NCBI GenBank assembly: GCA_965214045.1
Contig: OZ243935.1
Span: forward strand, 4,354,799 to 4,418,798
From: Candidatus Poribacteria bacterium
Lineage (GTDB): Bacteria > Poribacteria > WGA-4E > WGA-3G
Direction of reading: 5' to 3'
DNA length: 64,000 bases
Shown here: one piece after another, positions 28,041 through 37,928 of the stretch
How the letters are laid out: the number at the start of each line of letters is the position of its first letter
Position numbering within the stretch: the first letter of the stretch is position 1
The notes under the pieces: model-generated
What the model was told of the DNA's origin: nothing
What the model saw: the letters and a program-made list of their open reading frames with translations, nothing else
Database searches by the model: none
Program-made: the position numbers and the translations under genes

Positions 28041-29207
28041 ATGTCAAATCAGAATCTTCCGACGTTTACTGTCAATGCTGGTTATCACAATCGGGATGGG
28101 TGTCCAGTTAGTGTTAACGTCGACCATCCCGGCGTGAACCAACTCCATGATCATGCCGTCACCTTAACAGATATTGCATCCGGTGATGTCATTTCAGCAC
28201 AGTGTTATGCTGCCGAGGATGGCACGACTACCTTAACTTGGATACTCGATGGACTCGCCGCTGGTGAATCGCGGACCTATATCCTATCGGAAGGAAGTGT
28301 TGCTGGCAAGACAGGCGTTCAGTTAAAAGAAGAATCCGAAACCATAACTGTAACACTCAACGACCGACATTTTACAACATTCCGCTACGCAACTTCTCAC
28401 AACCCTGGGCAGTTCCGTCCGTATTTTTTTCCGGTTATCGGTCCGAATGGACGCGAAGTAACACGCGGTGAAACAAGCGACATCTCAAAGGACCATGTCC
28501 ATCACCGCTCCCTCTATGTCGCCTACGGCGAAGTCAACGATGTTGACTTATGGGGGGAAGGGAGTAACTCTGGAAAGGTCGTGCATCAAGGCTTCACACA
28601 AAAACAGGGTGGGGCTGTCGTCGGTAGACTTTATACACAAAATAGTTGGCAAACACAGGTAGGAGAGGTTCTGATGACGGACGTGCAGAATTTCCGCATC
28701 TACAATCTACCTGAAGATGCCGCACTTCTTGATCTCGATCTCAGTTTTATCGCCTCTGAGGGGGATGTCCATTTCGGAGACACCAAGGAGGGCGGTATCA
28801 TCTCTATTCGGGTGCATCCGTCGATGAACGCTTCAGATGGTGGGAAGATAGAGAACGCTTTTGGTGGTCTCAATGAGGCAGAAACTTGGGGTAAGCGCGC
28901 GAACTGGTGCGATTATTCTGGCGTTGTTGATGGAACGCCTGTTGGTATCGCTGTGTTCGATCATATTGTTAACCCACGCTATCCGACGTATTGGCATGTA
29001 CGCAATTACGGGCTAATGGGAAGCAATATATTTGGAGGCGGCACTTTTGAAAGTGATCCTTCTAAAGATGGTTCCTATACACTCAAACAAGGTGAAGAGA
29101 TGCACTTCCGGTTCCGTGTGCTTATCCATGCTGGCGATGCAAACGTTGGAAAAGTAGCACAGAAATATCACGATTTCATCAACCCACCTGTCGTTGAGGT
29201 ATCCTAA
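28041..29207 (+). CDS. DUF6807 (PmoA-like) family protein
   Basis: The length, the HVHHRSLYVAYGEVNDVDLWGEG motif and a downstream Gfo/Idh/MocA partner match the recurrent DUF6807–oxidoreductase pair. AAGGAGATTTATG provides the RBS. Confidence 0.5.
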   Translation: MSNQNLPTFTVNAGYHNRDGCPVSVNVDHPGVNQLHDHAVTLTDIASGDVISAQCYAAEDGTTTLTWILDGLAAGESRTYILSEGSVAGKTGVQLKEESETITVTLNDRHFTTFRYATSHNPGQFRPYFFPVIGPNGREVTRGETSDISKDHVHHRSLYVAYGEVNDVDLWGEGSNSGKVVHQGFTQKQGGAVVGRLYTQNSWQTQVGEVLMTDVQNFRIYNLPEDAALLDLDLSFIASEGDVHFGDTKEGGIISIRVHPSMNASDGGKIENAFGGLNEAETWGKRANWCDYSGVVDGTPVGIAVFDHIVNPRYPTYWHVRNYGLMGSNIFGGGTFESDPSKDGSYTLKQGEEMHFRFRVLIHAGDANVGKVAQKYHDFINPPVVEVS

Positions 29208-29325
29208 GCGCGAATTCATACCCAATTGGCTATCAGCAGTCGGCTGTCGGTTTCCATCAGCAGTCAGAAAAAGAACTCCAAAAGCCGATAGCCATCCGCT
29301 GATAACCAATACAAGGAGATTGCAA

Positions 29326-30396
29326 ATGCCGATTCCTACTATTCATGTCGGATGTACCCATTTCGCGCACGGTCGCCTACAAGCGCAAATCAATTCAAAA
29401 GGACTTAACCCCGTCGCCTGTGTAGACATTAATCTCGCTGCTGCTCGCGAAGCTGTAACAAGTTTAGAAGGGGATGTTCCTGACGACCTTTCCGATCGCA
29501 TCTACACGACAATCACCGAGGCAAAAGAGAAACACGACGCGCAGGCATGTCTTATCTATGCCTCAACGACCGTCCACGCCAAACTAATTGTTGAAAGCCT
29601 GAACCTCGGCATGCATACCCTCTGTGTCAAACCCATCGCAACGACACAGACAGAATTCCACGACATTATACGCGCACATAAAGCGAATCCCGGCTTGATG
29701 CTCGTCCAAGGGCAGAATAAACGATGGAACCCTGCCGCTGCGAAAATGCGGGAATGGCTCCGAGAAGAGGGTGGCATCGGTGAGATGTTAGCAGGGGAGT
29801 GTCGATTCTGGATTCGCCAAAACTTATATACAGGTCCAGATTCTCGGCAACCTGATGCCTACGTTGATGGGCTTTTTTTCCACGCTGGCACGAGTCACCA
29901 ACTCGATCAGCTTGTCGCCGCGAAGGGACTTCCGAAGTACGTTACCGCGCATGTTCACAACCGCCGAGATCCTGAACTGGGACAGATTGAAGCTTGGGGG
30001 ACTGCTGGTGGCAACGCGCTCATGGAGTACGCAAACGGTGCGCCTTTCTCTTATGCAGGAACACGTGCCGCGCATACAGGCCCGTTCGGATGGAGTGGGC
30101 ATTGGACTTTCCACGGCGAGGATGGAGATCTCCGACGAGATGCAGGACACCTGCAACTTTTCCGACTCGGCAAAACCATTGAAGATGTATCCCTCCAAGA
30201 TTTGCACGCCGGTCTTATAGAAGACGACCGACTCCAGTTTGATGCGTTTGCACAGGCGATCGCCAACGGAACGGATCAAGACTGGATGCAGGATACGACG
30301 CTTGGTACATGGCTACTCATGGAAGCCTGCAACGAATCTGCTCGAACGCACGAAAAAGTTGATGTTGAAGCGTTCGCCAAGAAGATGCTTGCTTAG
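29326..30396 (+). CDS. Gfo/Idh/MocA-like oxidoreductase
   Basis: ATG at 29326 follows CAAGGAGA. A dehydrogenase N-terminal Rossmann-like region and a C-terminal alpha/beta domain are present. The upstream part of the ORF from 29194 overlaps the previous gene. Confidence 0.65.
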   Translation: MPIPTIHVGCTHFAHGRLQAQINSKGLNPVACVDINLAAAREAVTSLEGDVPDDLSDRIYTTITEAKEKHDAQACLIYASTTVHAKLIVESLNLGMHTLCVKPIATTQTEFHDIIRAHKANPGLMLVQGQNKRWNPAAAKMREWLREEGGIGEMLAGECRFWIRQNLYTGPDSRQPDAYVDGLFFHAGTSHQLDQLVAAKGLPKYVTAHVHNRRDPELGQIEAWGTAGGNALMEYANGAPFSYAGTRAAHTGPFGWSGHWTFHGEDGDLRRDAGHLQLFRLGKTIEDVSLQDLHAGLIEDDRLQFDAFAQAIANGTDQDWMQDTTLGTWLLMEACNESARTHEKVDVEAFAKKMLA

Positions 30397-30431
30397 TGGA
30401 AATCTGAACGAACCGCAAGGAAAAATTAAAA

Positions 30432-32069
30432 ATGCAATCCCCACACGGTATTACGGCTTCAGCGTTTCGTCCCTCTGTGATGGGAAGAAACGGCATGGTT
30501 ACATCCGGACACGTCCTCGCGTCGCAGGCTGGTATTCAGACAATGATGGCTGGGGGCAATGCTGTTGATGCAGCAATCGCAACGGCTGTGGCTCTTGGCA
30601 TGGTTGAACCTGCTGGCTCTGGGGTCGGTGGCGACGGCTTTATTCTTATCTATTGGGCGGACACTGGGAAAGTCGAGGCGGTGAATGGAACTGGTCCCGC
30701 ACCGCGTGCCGCTACCCGAGAAACCTACCTCAAAGATGGCGGGATCCCGATGAAAGGCATGCGAAGTGTTTCAGTGCCAGGAATCGTTGACGCATGGCTC
30801 CTCGCACACGAACGCTACGGTGCACTCAAATTAGAGGACGTTTTCGCACCGGCAATTTCGCTTTGTGAAGAAGGGTTTCCGGTGAGCCACAGACTTGCGG
30901 GTGGGCTTAAAGGCGAAAACGCTCGTTTTGCTGCCGAGCCAGATTCGCGTGCCGTCTTTACAAACGATGGCGAACCGATCGCCGCAGGTCAATTCCTCGC
31001 GAACCCCAACCTTGGTAAAACCCTCCGAAAGATTGCCAAACACGGAAGAGAGATATTCTACGAAGGTGAGATCGCTAAAGCCATCGGTGAATTCAGCCGT
31101 GCTTACGATGGACTCTTGACAGCTGAGGATCTCGCGAACTACCACGCGCACTGGGCTGAGCCTATACACGTCAACTACCGTGGATACGAGGTTTATGAGA
31201 TGCCTCCCAACTCCAGTGGGCATATCTTACTTCAAGAATTAAACATGGTTGAATTATTTGATTTGCAAGCCTTAGGGTGCAATACTGCCGAAAGTGTACA
31301 TCTGATGGTCGAGGCGAAAAAACTCGCCTTTGCTGATCGTGAAAAATATATGGCGGATCCAGAGTGGGTCGATGTCCCGATAGAAGGGATGTTATCTAAA
31401 TCCTACGCCGCTGAACAAGCGGAACGGATAGATTTAGAGAAGGCGGCTTTTGATGTGCCAGCAGGCGGTCCAGAGGCACACGAAGATACAACCTGTTTTT
31501 GCGCTGCGGATCAAGCAGGAAATCTCGTTTGCATACTGCAGAGTATCCAGTCAGGGTTCGGTTCCGGCCTCATAGCAGGTGATACAGGTATCCTTTTGAA
31601 CAATCGCATGACCTATTGGCATTTGGAAGAAGGACATCCCAACTGCCTGATGCCAGGCAAACGCGTCCGTCATACCATGAATCCTGTCATTGTAACAAAG
31701 GACGGTCAACCCGTCTTAACATGCGGCACCCCCGGAGCAGATACACAGGTCCAAACGAATCTTCAACTCGTTACCCACATGCTTGACTTCGGAATGACCC
31801 CGCAGGAAGCGGTCTCTGCCCCGCGCTGGCGGAGCTTGCAGAATCCAATGGAATCTACTATCCCACACACTTGTTCCAACGACCTACAGTTAGAAAACCG
31901 ATTCTCCTCGGATACCAAGGATGGATTAGGAGAAAGGGGACATGAACTCCAAATTGCTGGTGATTGGGGTGGTCCAGGAAGCGCTCAAGCGATCATGGTT
32001 CATCCTGAATCGGGCGCGCTTATCGGTGGTTCAGATCCGAGAACCGATGGGTATGCGGTCACTTTTTAG
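30432..32069 (+). CDS. ggt: gamma-glutamyltransferase (second paralogue)
   Basis: The catalytic Thr region TTCFCAADQAGNLVCILQSIQSGFGSG is present. Repeat module C lies immediately 5' of the ATG. Confidence 0.85.
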   Translation: MQSPHGITASAFRPSVMGRNGMVTSGHVLASQAGIQTMMAGGNAVDAAIATAVALGMVEPAGSGVGGDGFILIYWADTGKVEAVNGTGPAPRAATRETYLKDGGIPMKGMRSVSVPGIVDAWLLAHERYGALKLEDVFAPAISLCEEGFPVSHRLAGGLKGENARFAAEPDSRAVFTNDGEPIAAGQFLANPNLGKTLRKIAKHGREIFYEGEIAKAIGEFSRAYDGLLTAEDLANYHAHWAEPIHVNYRGYEVYEMPPNSSGHILLQELNMVELFDLQALGCNTAESVHLMVEAKKLAFADREKYMADPEWVDVPIEGMLSKSYAAEQAERIDLEKAAFDVPAGGPEAHEDTTCFCAADQAGNLVCILQSIQSGFGSGLIAGDTGILLNNRMTYWHLEEGHPNCLMPGKRVRHTMNPVIVTKDGQPVLTCGTPGADTQVQTNLQLVTHMLDFGMTPQEAVSAPRWRSLQNPMESTIPHTCSNDLQLENRFSSDTKDGLGERGHELQIAGDWGGPGSAQAIMVHPESGALIGGSDPRTDGYAVTF

Positions 32070-32203
32070 AGAAATTGTTTTTTATCCAAAGCGAGGTTTA
32101 AATTACAGAACAGAGATGTTTGTGTGTTAGCGATATTTGTGGTGGGCTACCAACATACGCTGTCACAATATCATTATTGGGTTGAAACCCTTGGAGCATA
32201 ATT

Positions 32204-33055
32204 GTGAACAGCAGCACTACGAGAATTATTACACACATGGTTCTTATGATAACCTTTTGTCTTATAGCACCACAAACTTGGAGTCGTGATGTTGTCCTTC
32301 TTGAGGAAGATTTTGAGGACGTGAAACTCGAAGCAAGTATAATGGAGCAGATTAAAGATAAAGACGTTTGGTCAGGCACACCTCCGGAAGGTTGGGAAAT
32401 TACAAACGAAAATCCCAAAGACCTCGGGATGCCGGAGTGGAGAACTTGGGCAATTGTCGATCTGGAGTGGTGGACACGAACAGCGGAAGACCAGCGGCGG
32501 AGTGAGTTCACAGGGGTACACAATGACGGCAAGGGCATCGGTAAAGGTGCCGTTTCTGACCCTGATGAATGGGACGATTGGGGCGGCAATGGCGATCCTG
32601 ACGCTCTTAGTCGTTGGAACGGACACTTAATTACCCCACCCATTAAAATCAAGGGCGCAGCCGCAAAATCGCTCGTCTTAACATTGGATTCGAGTTGGCG
32701 GCCCGAAGATACCCAAACTGCTGAAATAATCGTAAGTTTTGACGGCGGCAAGGAAGAACAAATTCTACGCTTCGAGAGCGTCGGTATTGACGCAGGCGCG
32801 CATACCCTTGTTACCATTCCTACCCTTAAACTCAAAGAGGAAAAAATAAACGATGGGGAACAGATAAACGAAACGTTAGAAATCCCGATCGATAATCCTG
32901 CCGGTGCCGCTGAGATGACTATTAGTTTCGGTGTTATCGATGCTCAGAATGATTGGTGGTGGGCGATAGATAATATAGAACTCATAAGCACCGCTTATGA
33001 TGTAGAACCGAGAGATAAATTAGCAACGAAATGGGCAGAAATAAAACGCTTGTAA
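32204..33055 (+). CDS. secreted LamG/concanavalin-like hypothetical protein with C-terminal KLATKWAEIK tail
   Basis: GGAG sits 7 nt upstream of the GTG. It has a signal peptide, a paralogue at 35961, and a C-terminal WWWAIDNIELI beta-strand. Confidence 0.5.
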   Translation: MNSSTTRIITHMVLMITFCLIAPQTWSRDVVLLEEDFEDVKLEASIMEQIKDKDVWSGTPPEGWEITNENPKDLGMPEWRTWAIVDLEWWTRTAEDQRRSEFTGVHNDGKGIGKGAVSDPDEWDDWGGNGDPDALSRWNGHLITPPIKIKGAAAKSLVLTLDSSWRPEDTQTAEIIVSFDGGKEEQILRFESVGIDAGAHTLVTIPTLKLKEEKINDGEQINETLEIPIDNPAGAAEMTISFGVIDAQNDWWWAIDNIELISTAYDVEPRDKLATKWAEIKRL

Positions 33056-33186
33056 TAGACCCTCTTTGTTAAATTGCGAGCGACCCAGCGTCGCTTACAA
33101 TTCGTCAAAGATGCCTAAAAAGAGTAATGCACTTCCTTTCAATGTATTACGCTTTTATACCATACTGACCTTTAGGAGAAAAAGTC

Positions 33187-34239
33187 GTGAAAATTTTGGT
33201 CACGGGCGGTACAGGCCGTATCGGGTCCAACCTTGTCAAAAAATTACTGGAAAAAGGACACGATATCCGCAGTTTTGTCTACCCAGGGGATGTCAATCGT
33301 ATCGGAAGATGGGACGATACTGAACGTGTAGAAACCGTTCTTGGCGACCTCCGAGAATACGAAGATGTCAAAAAAGCCGTTGATGGCGTAGATGCCATCT
33401 ATCATATCGCCGCGGCTTTCGGGGGTCCTTTTGATAACCGTCAGTACTTGGCAATCAATGGGATGGGAACGCTCAATATTTTGGAGGGCATCCGTGAGGT
33501 CAACCCGAACATTCATCGACTCGTCTATGCCTGTACCGAGGCGATTTATTGGGAACTCACCGAAAAAGGTAGATATTTCAATGAACTTATCACCGAAGAC
33601 AACGTTGCCAAATATCACCACATGCCGTATTTCCTTACCAAATGGATTGGCGAGGAATTGTGCATGACATATCATCACCAGTATGGTGTGCCTTCCACAG
33701 TCTTCCGTTTCACAACCGTCATTGAACCGAGCGAATACCTCAACGAAGATGGTTTGCCGAGGCAATTCGTCTTTAGTAATATCTACAATCGGTACAAGAA
33801 TTATACAGGTGATGATCCTGCTGAGTTAGAGACTGCAGATGCTGTCAAACGCCTTTGGGACGGGCAGGAGAAATTCATACTCAAGCGTAATCCTGACGGA
33901 CACCCCTACAAGGAGCATTTCACCGATGTACGCGATATTGTACAAGGATTGGTTTTAGGGATCGAAAAGGATGCCGCTATCGGTGAAGAATTCACGCTCG
34001 GTGGAAACGGTATCTTCAAACATGAAGAGGTAATTCCATACCTATGTGAACGTTACCAGAAGGATTTTGTTGATGTGAAACTCCCGCAATCCCTCTATTT
34101 CGAGTTTGACTTAAGCAAAATCAAAACGCTATTGGACTTTGAACCACAACACGATTTAGCGAGTATCCTCGATGCCGCTGAAGCGATACGCCGTGGTGAA
34201 GATGTCGGCATCATTCCGACGGGCGTTCGGTGGACTTAA
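33187..34239 (+). CDS. NAD-dependent epimerase/dehydratase (SDR family)
   Basis: The N-terminus ILVTGGTGRIGSNL is the Rossmann motif, followed by the YxxxK region. AGGAGAAAAAGTCGTG provides the RBS. Confidence 0.8.
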   Translation: MKILVTGGTGRIGSNLVKKLLEKGHDIRSFVYPGDVNRIGRWDDTERVETVLGDLREYEDVKKAVDGVDAIYHIAAAFGGPFDNRQYLAINGMGTLNILEGIREVNPNIHRLVYACTEAIYWELTEKGRYFNELITEDNVAKYHHMPYFLTKWIGEELCMTYHHQYGVPSTVFRFTTVIEPSEYLNEDGLPRQFVFSNIYNRYKNYTGDDPAELETADAVKRLWDGQEKFILKRNPDGHPYKEHFTDVRDIVQGLVLGIEKDAAIGEEFTLGGNGIFKHEEVIPYLCERYQKDFVDVKLPQSLYFEFDLSKIKTLLDFEPQHDLASILDAAEAIRRGEDVGIIPTGVRWT

Positions 34240-35888
34240 TTACCGTGAAAACCTATCTTGGTATATCCTCACTTTCTCTATTCGTTTTTACTTGCTTGAT
34301 GCTCAGTTGCACCAAGATACCGGTCGCGCCGACACGGCAGGTTTCATCAAGTACGAAACACCTCGACCGGTATATCAATGCCGCGCTTAAAAGGGAAGGT
34401 ATCCAGCCTTCACAGATGTCGGAAGATACCGAATTTTTGCGTCGAATTCATCTTGATCTGACAGGAAAAATCCCAACGCCTGAGGAGGTCATGGATTTTC
34501 TCAAAGACGGTTCTTCGATCAAACGCCAGAAGAAAATTAAGCAATTGCTAACGAGTGACGCCTATCTTGACTATTGGACCGGGTTATGGGTGAACTGGTT
34601 AATCGGTAGGCGCGAAGATAGCGATGATCGACGCATTGGCTTAACGTTTTGGGTGAGAGATGCCTTGACGAAGAATATGCCGTACAATCAGTTCGTTCAG
34701 GAACTTATTGCGGCTGATGGTGAGTTACGAGACAACGGCGCGGGAAACTATATTCTACGTTACGACAGTTCACCCGTCTTTCTCACTTCGCATACCTCTC
34801 GACTCTTCTTGGGACTGCCTATGCAGTGTGCGGAGTGCCACGACCATAAAACAGAGGCGTGGAGTCAAGAGAGTTTCTACGGTATCGCTGCCTTTTTTAC
34901 AGGAATTGAGCGTGAAGATAAGGGTGAGTTCCAGACAATAGATATGGCAGGAGATGAGCGAAGCATGGAGAATATTCTCATCACGAATACAGCAGAAAAT
35001 GCGATTTGGGTCGAAAGACTTGAAAAACAGATGCGTCCGTACTTTTTAGATGGCACAGAATACAAAGGACCGCTCCGCAAAAAGCGAGAAGCACTTGCGC
35101 AGTGGATGACTGATAAATCAAACCCCTATTTTAGTCAAACAATCGTGAATCGCATCTGGAAACATTTCATGGGGCACGCTTTTGTCGAGCCGGTTGATGG
35201 CTTCGGAGAAGAAAATCAACCTACCAATCCTGAACTCTTGAAGTGGCTCGCAAATGATTTCGTCATTTACGGTTACGACTTAAAACACTTGATGCAGACT
35301 CTCCTGAATTCAGAGACGTATCAACGCACATCCGAAACAAACGTGAGCAACAAAGACGATGAATACTATTATTCACACGCCTATGTGAAACCGTTGAGTG
35401 CCGAACAGTTCTTCTATTCTCTATTACAAGCCACGGGTTTCGAGAGACTTCAACAGATAGAGATGGAAGGTATCCAGAAGGAAGGTGGCGAAGACCGGAA
35501 AAATATGATCCGTGCCCTTGAGGAAAAGAAGCGTGAGCATCTCAGAAAATTCCTGTTCCTCCTGGATAACGGTGAGATGGAAGAGATCGAGGCGTTCAAC
35601 GGAACCATCCCACAAGCACTTATGATGATCAATGGTGATATGGTCAACGAGAGTATAAGCCATGAAAAACGCGGGAGTTTCGTTAATTACGTTCTCGATA
35701 GATGGCGAGACCCGATGGAACGGATGGCGTCTATCTATCTCACGGTCCTGTCTCGGTTGCCAACAACTAAAGAAAAAGCCTATTTCAGACGTTATTTAGA
35801 GCGGAGTCTTTACCGAAACAAGAATTTGGCTTACGAAGACCTCTATTGGGTCTTACTCAATTCAGCTGAGTTTTCGCTTAACCACTAA
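34230..35888 (+). CDS. DUF1549/DUF1553 domain protein (planctomycete-type cytochrome-like)
   Basis: The signal peptide and the PMQCAECHDHKTEAW (CxxCHDHK) motif are present. The start is GTG at either 34230 or 34245. Confidence 0.7.
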   Translation: MDLITVKTYLGISSLSLFVFTCLMLSCTKIPVAPTRQVSSSTKHLDRYINAALKREGIQPSQMSEDTEFLRRIHLDLTGKIPTPEEVMDFLKDGSSIKRQKKIKQLLTSDAYLDYWTGLWVNWLIGRREDSDDRRIGLTFWVRDALTKNMPYNQFVQELIAADGELRDNGAGNYILRYDSSPVFLTSHTSRLFLGLPMQCAECHDHKTEAWSQESFYGIAAFFTGIEREDKGEFQTIDMAGDERSMENILITNTAENAIWVERLEKQMRPYFLDGTEYKGPLRKKREALAQWMTDKSNPYFSQTIVNRIWKHFMGHAFVEPVDGFGEENQPTNPELLKWLANDFVIYGYDLKHLMQTLLNSETYQRTSETNVSNKDDEYYYSHAYVKPLSAEQFFYSLLQATGFERLQQIEMEGIQKEGGEDRKNMIRALEEKKREHLRKFLFLLDNGEMEEIEAFNGTIPQALMMINGDMVNESISHEKRGSFVNYVLDRWRDPMERMASIYLTVLSRLPTTKEKAYFRRYLERSLYRNKNLAYEDLYWVLLNSAEFSLNH

Positions 35889-35960
35889 CCAGTTAACTAA
35901 CTAATTGTGTCCTTCGGGACTATGTCCTAAGCAGGTACACGCTAAAAGGAGTATACTATT

Positions 35961-36683
35961 ATGAAAAGACGCTATTTGTTCATCGCTATCTGCGGTATTA
36001 CGCTCGGCATTGCTGCGCTTGCGATGTCGCAGACCTATTTTGAGGATAATTTCGACGATCCAAAAGTATCTGCGGAGAAATGGGTCGCTCTCTTTGGAGA
36101 ATGGGAACTCAAGGACGATGAATACCATCAACTCCAAAATTCCCCTAACTGTATGAGTGTCGTCGCTGATGAATTCTGGGAAGACGACTGGAGTGATTAC
36201 ACCTTTGAGGTCCGAGGAAGCAAAACCAGTGGTGCCGAGGGATTCCTGATTATGTTCCGGTGCCAAGGTTTGATGGAAGCGCGCGGACAAGCACTTGAGG
36301 ATCATCCGCCACGTATGGAAAAACTCAAACCCTCGTTGGAATACTGGTGGAACCTCGGCGGATGGGGAAACTCACGCTCACAGGTTGAATCCTGGGGCGG
36401 CAAAGCCGGTGCCAATAGTGCGCACACCATTAAAGATAAGGATTGGTATAACATCAAGATTGTCAATACCCCCGATAGTTACACGGTCATTCTCAACGAT
36501 GAAGAAGTCGCAACCGTTGACGATGACACTGAGGGTGGTGTTGGGAGAATAGGCTTAGCAACATGGAGCACGGTTGCTAAGTATGATGATGTCGTGGTTT
36601 ACGGACCTGACGGTCCCTCGTTACCCGTCGATGCGAAAAGCAAACTCGCGACGACATGGGGACATCTTAAATCCGTGAAGTAG
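35961..36683 (+). CDS. secreted LamG/concanavalin-like hypothetical protein with C-terminal KLATTWGHLK tail
   Basis: AAAGGAG precedes the ATG. It has a signal peptide, a GRIGLATWSTVAKYDDVVVY terminal strand, and a paralogue at 32204. Confidence 0.55.
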   Translation: MKRRYLFIAICGITLGIAALAMSQTYFEDNFDDPKVSAEKWVALFGEWELKDDEYHQLQNSPNCMSVVADEFWEDDWSDYTFEVRGSKTSGAEGFLIMFRCQGLMEARGQALEDHPPRMEKLKPSLEYWWNLGGWGNSRSQVESWGGKAGANSAHTIKDKDWYNIKIVNTPDSYTVILNDEEVATVDDDTEGGVGRIGLATWSTVAKYDDVVVYGPDGPSLPVDAKSKLATTWGHLKSVK

Positions 36684-36758
36684 TTTTCAAACACTTTGAT
36701 GAATCAGAGCGCGAGGCCTTGATGCCTCGCGTTCCCTTTATACTCCCGATGAAAACAG

Positions 36759-37928
36759 ATGCTAAACTATTTTTTACCCCCGCAAATTGAATTTGGCGAC
36801 GGAGCAATCCAAAACTTAGGCGAACACGTCAAGGTGTTTGACGGCAAAAAACCGTTCTTGGTGAGCGATGCTGGTGTTATCAATGCGGGTCTCCTTGCGA
36901 AAGCGACAGATGCCTTGGAGACAAGCGGTTTGTCTTATGCTACGTATTCGGATATCGAACCGAATCCCACGGACCTCAGTGTTACACACGGTGTAGAAGC
37001 CTACAAAGCCGAGGGATGTGACGTCGTCATCGCTGTTGGCGGCGGAAGTGTGATGGATGCCGCCAAAGCCATCCGTCTCTTGACGACCCACGAGCCCCCA
37101 TTGGAACCCTACTATTCTGATGTTGGCGGGATTGACCGAATCCGAGGCGATATGCCACCACTAATATGTGTACCGACGACCGCTGGCACCGGTAGTGAGG
37201 TGTCACAAGGCTCAATCATTACAGATACATCTTTCCAGACAACCGATCGATGGCGGAAACGGGCAATCGTTACACCCTTCAACATGTCGAACATTGCACT
37301 CCTTGATCCTGGAATCACCCTTGGTATGCCACCTGCCCTTACGGCTGCGACAGGTATGGATGCCATCACACACGGTATCGAGGCGTATGTGGCGACGAAG
37401 TACCACCCTATTGCTGAGGGTGTTGCATTGCAGGCACTCAGAATGTTGAGTGCGAATATCCAACAGGCCTATCACAACGGTGCGGATGTAACCGCACGTG
37501 GTGAAATGCTTTTCGGATCCTGCATGGCAGCATTTTCGTTCCAGAAGGGACTCGGTGCGGTGCATTCTCTGGCACATCAACTCTCTACAGACGCACCCAT
37601 ACCCCATGGCGTAGCAAACGCGATTCTCCTTCCATCCGTCATGGAATTCAACTTTTCTCATGCAAGCGAAAAATACGCAGAAATCGCACGCGCCTTAGGT
37701 ATAGATACAAGTAATATGGATATCGACGAAGCAGGGCATGCCGCGATTGATAAAATCAGGGCATATAACGCGGAGTTGAATATACCTACAGGTCTTGGAG
37801 ATGCTGGTTTGGAGCGGGAAAAGATTCCAAAACTCGGCGCGGATGCGATGCTCGACCACTGTCACAAATTCAATCCGAGGGTGTGTACGGAAGAGGATAT
37901 GGTGGATTTATTTGAGGCGGCGTTTTAA
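36759..37928 (+). CDS. iron-containing alcohol dehydrogenase
   Basis: GGGSVMDAAKAI and the His metal ligands of Fe-ADH are present. Confidence 0.85.
   Translation: MLNYFLPPQIEFGDGAIQNLGEHVKVFDGKKPFLVSDAGVINAGLLAKATDALETSGLSYATYSDIEPNPTDLSVTHGVEAYKAEGCDVVIAVGGGSVMDAAKAIRLLTTHEPPLEPYYSDVGGIDRIRGDMPPLICVPTTAGTGSEVSQGSIITDTSFQTTDRWRKRAIVTPFNMSNIALLDPGITLGMPPALTAATGMDAITHGIEAYVATKYHPIAEGVALQALRMLSANIQQAYHNGADVTARGEMLFGSCMAAFSFQKGLGAVHSLAHQLSTDAPIPHGVANAILLPSVMEFNFSHASEKYAEIARALGIDTSNMDIDEAGHAAIDKIRAYNAELNIPTGLGDAGLEREKIPKLGADAMLDHCHKFNPRVCTEEDMVDLFEAAF

Noticed and set aside
32098-32835. 245-aa minus-strand ORF
   Set aside because: It is antisense to the secreted LamG-like gene, which has an SD, a signal peptide and a paralogue. 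Its composition is Ser/Pro-rich and non-protein-like.
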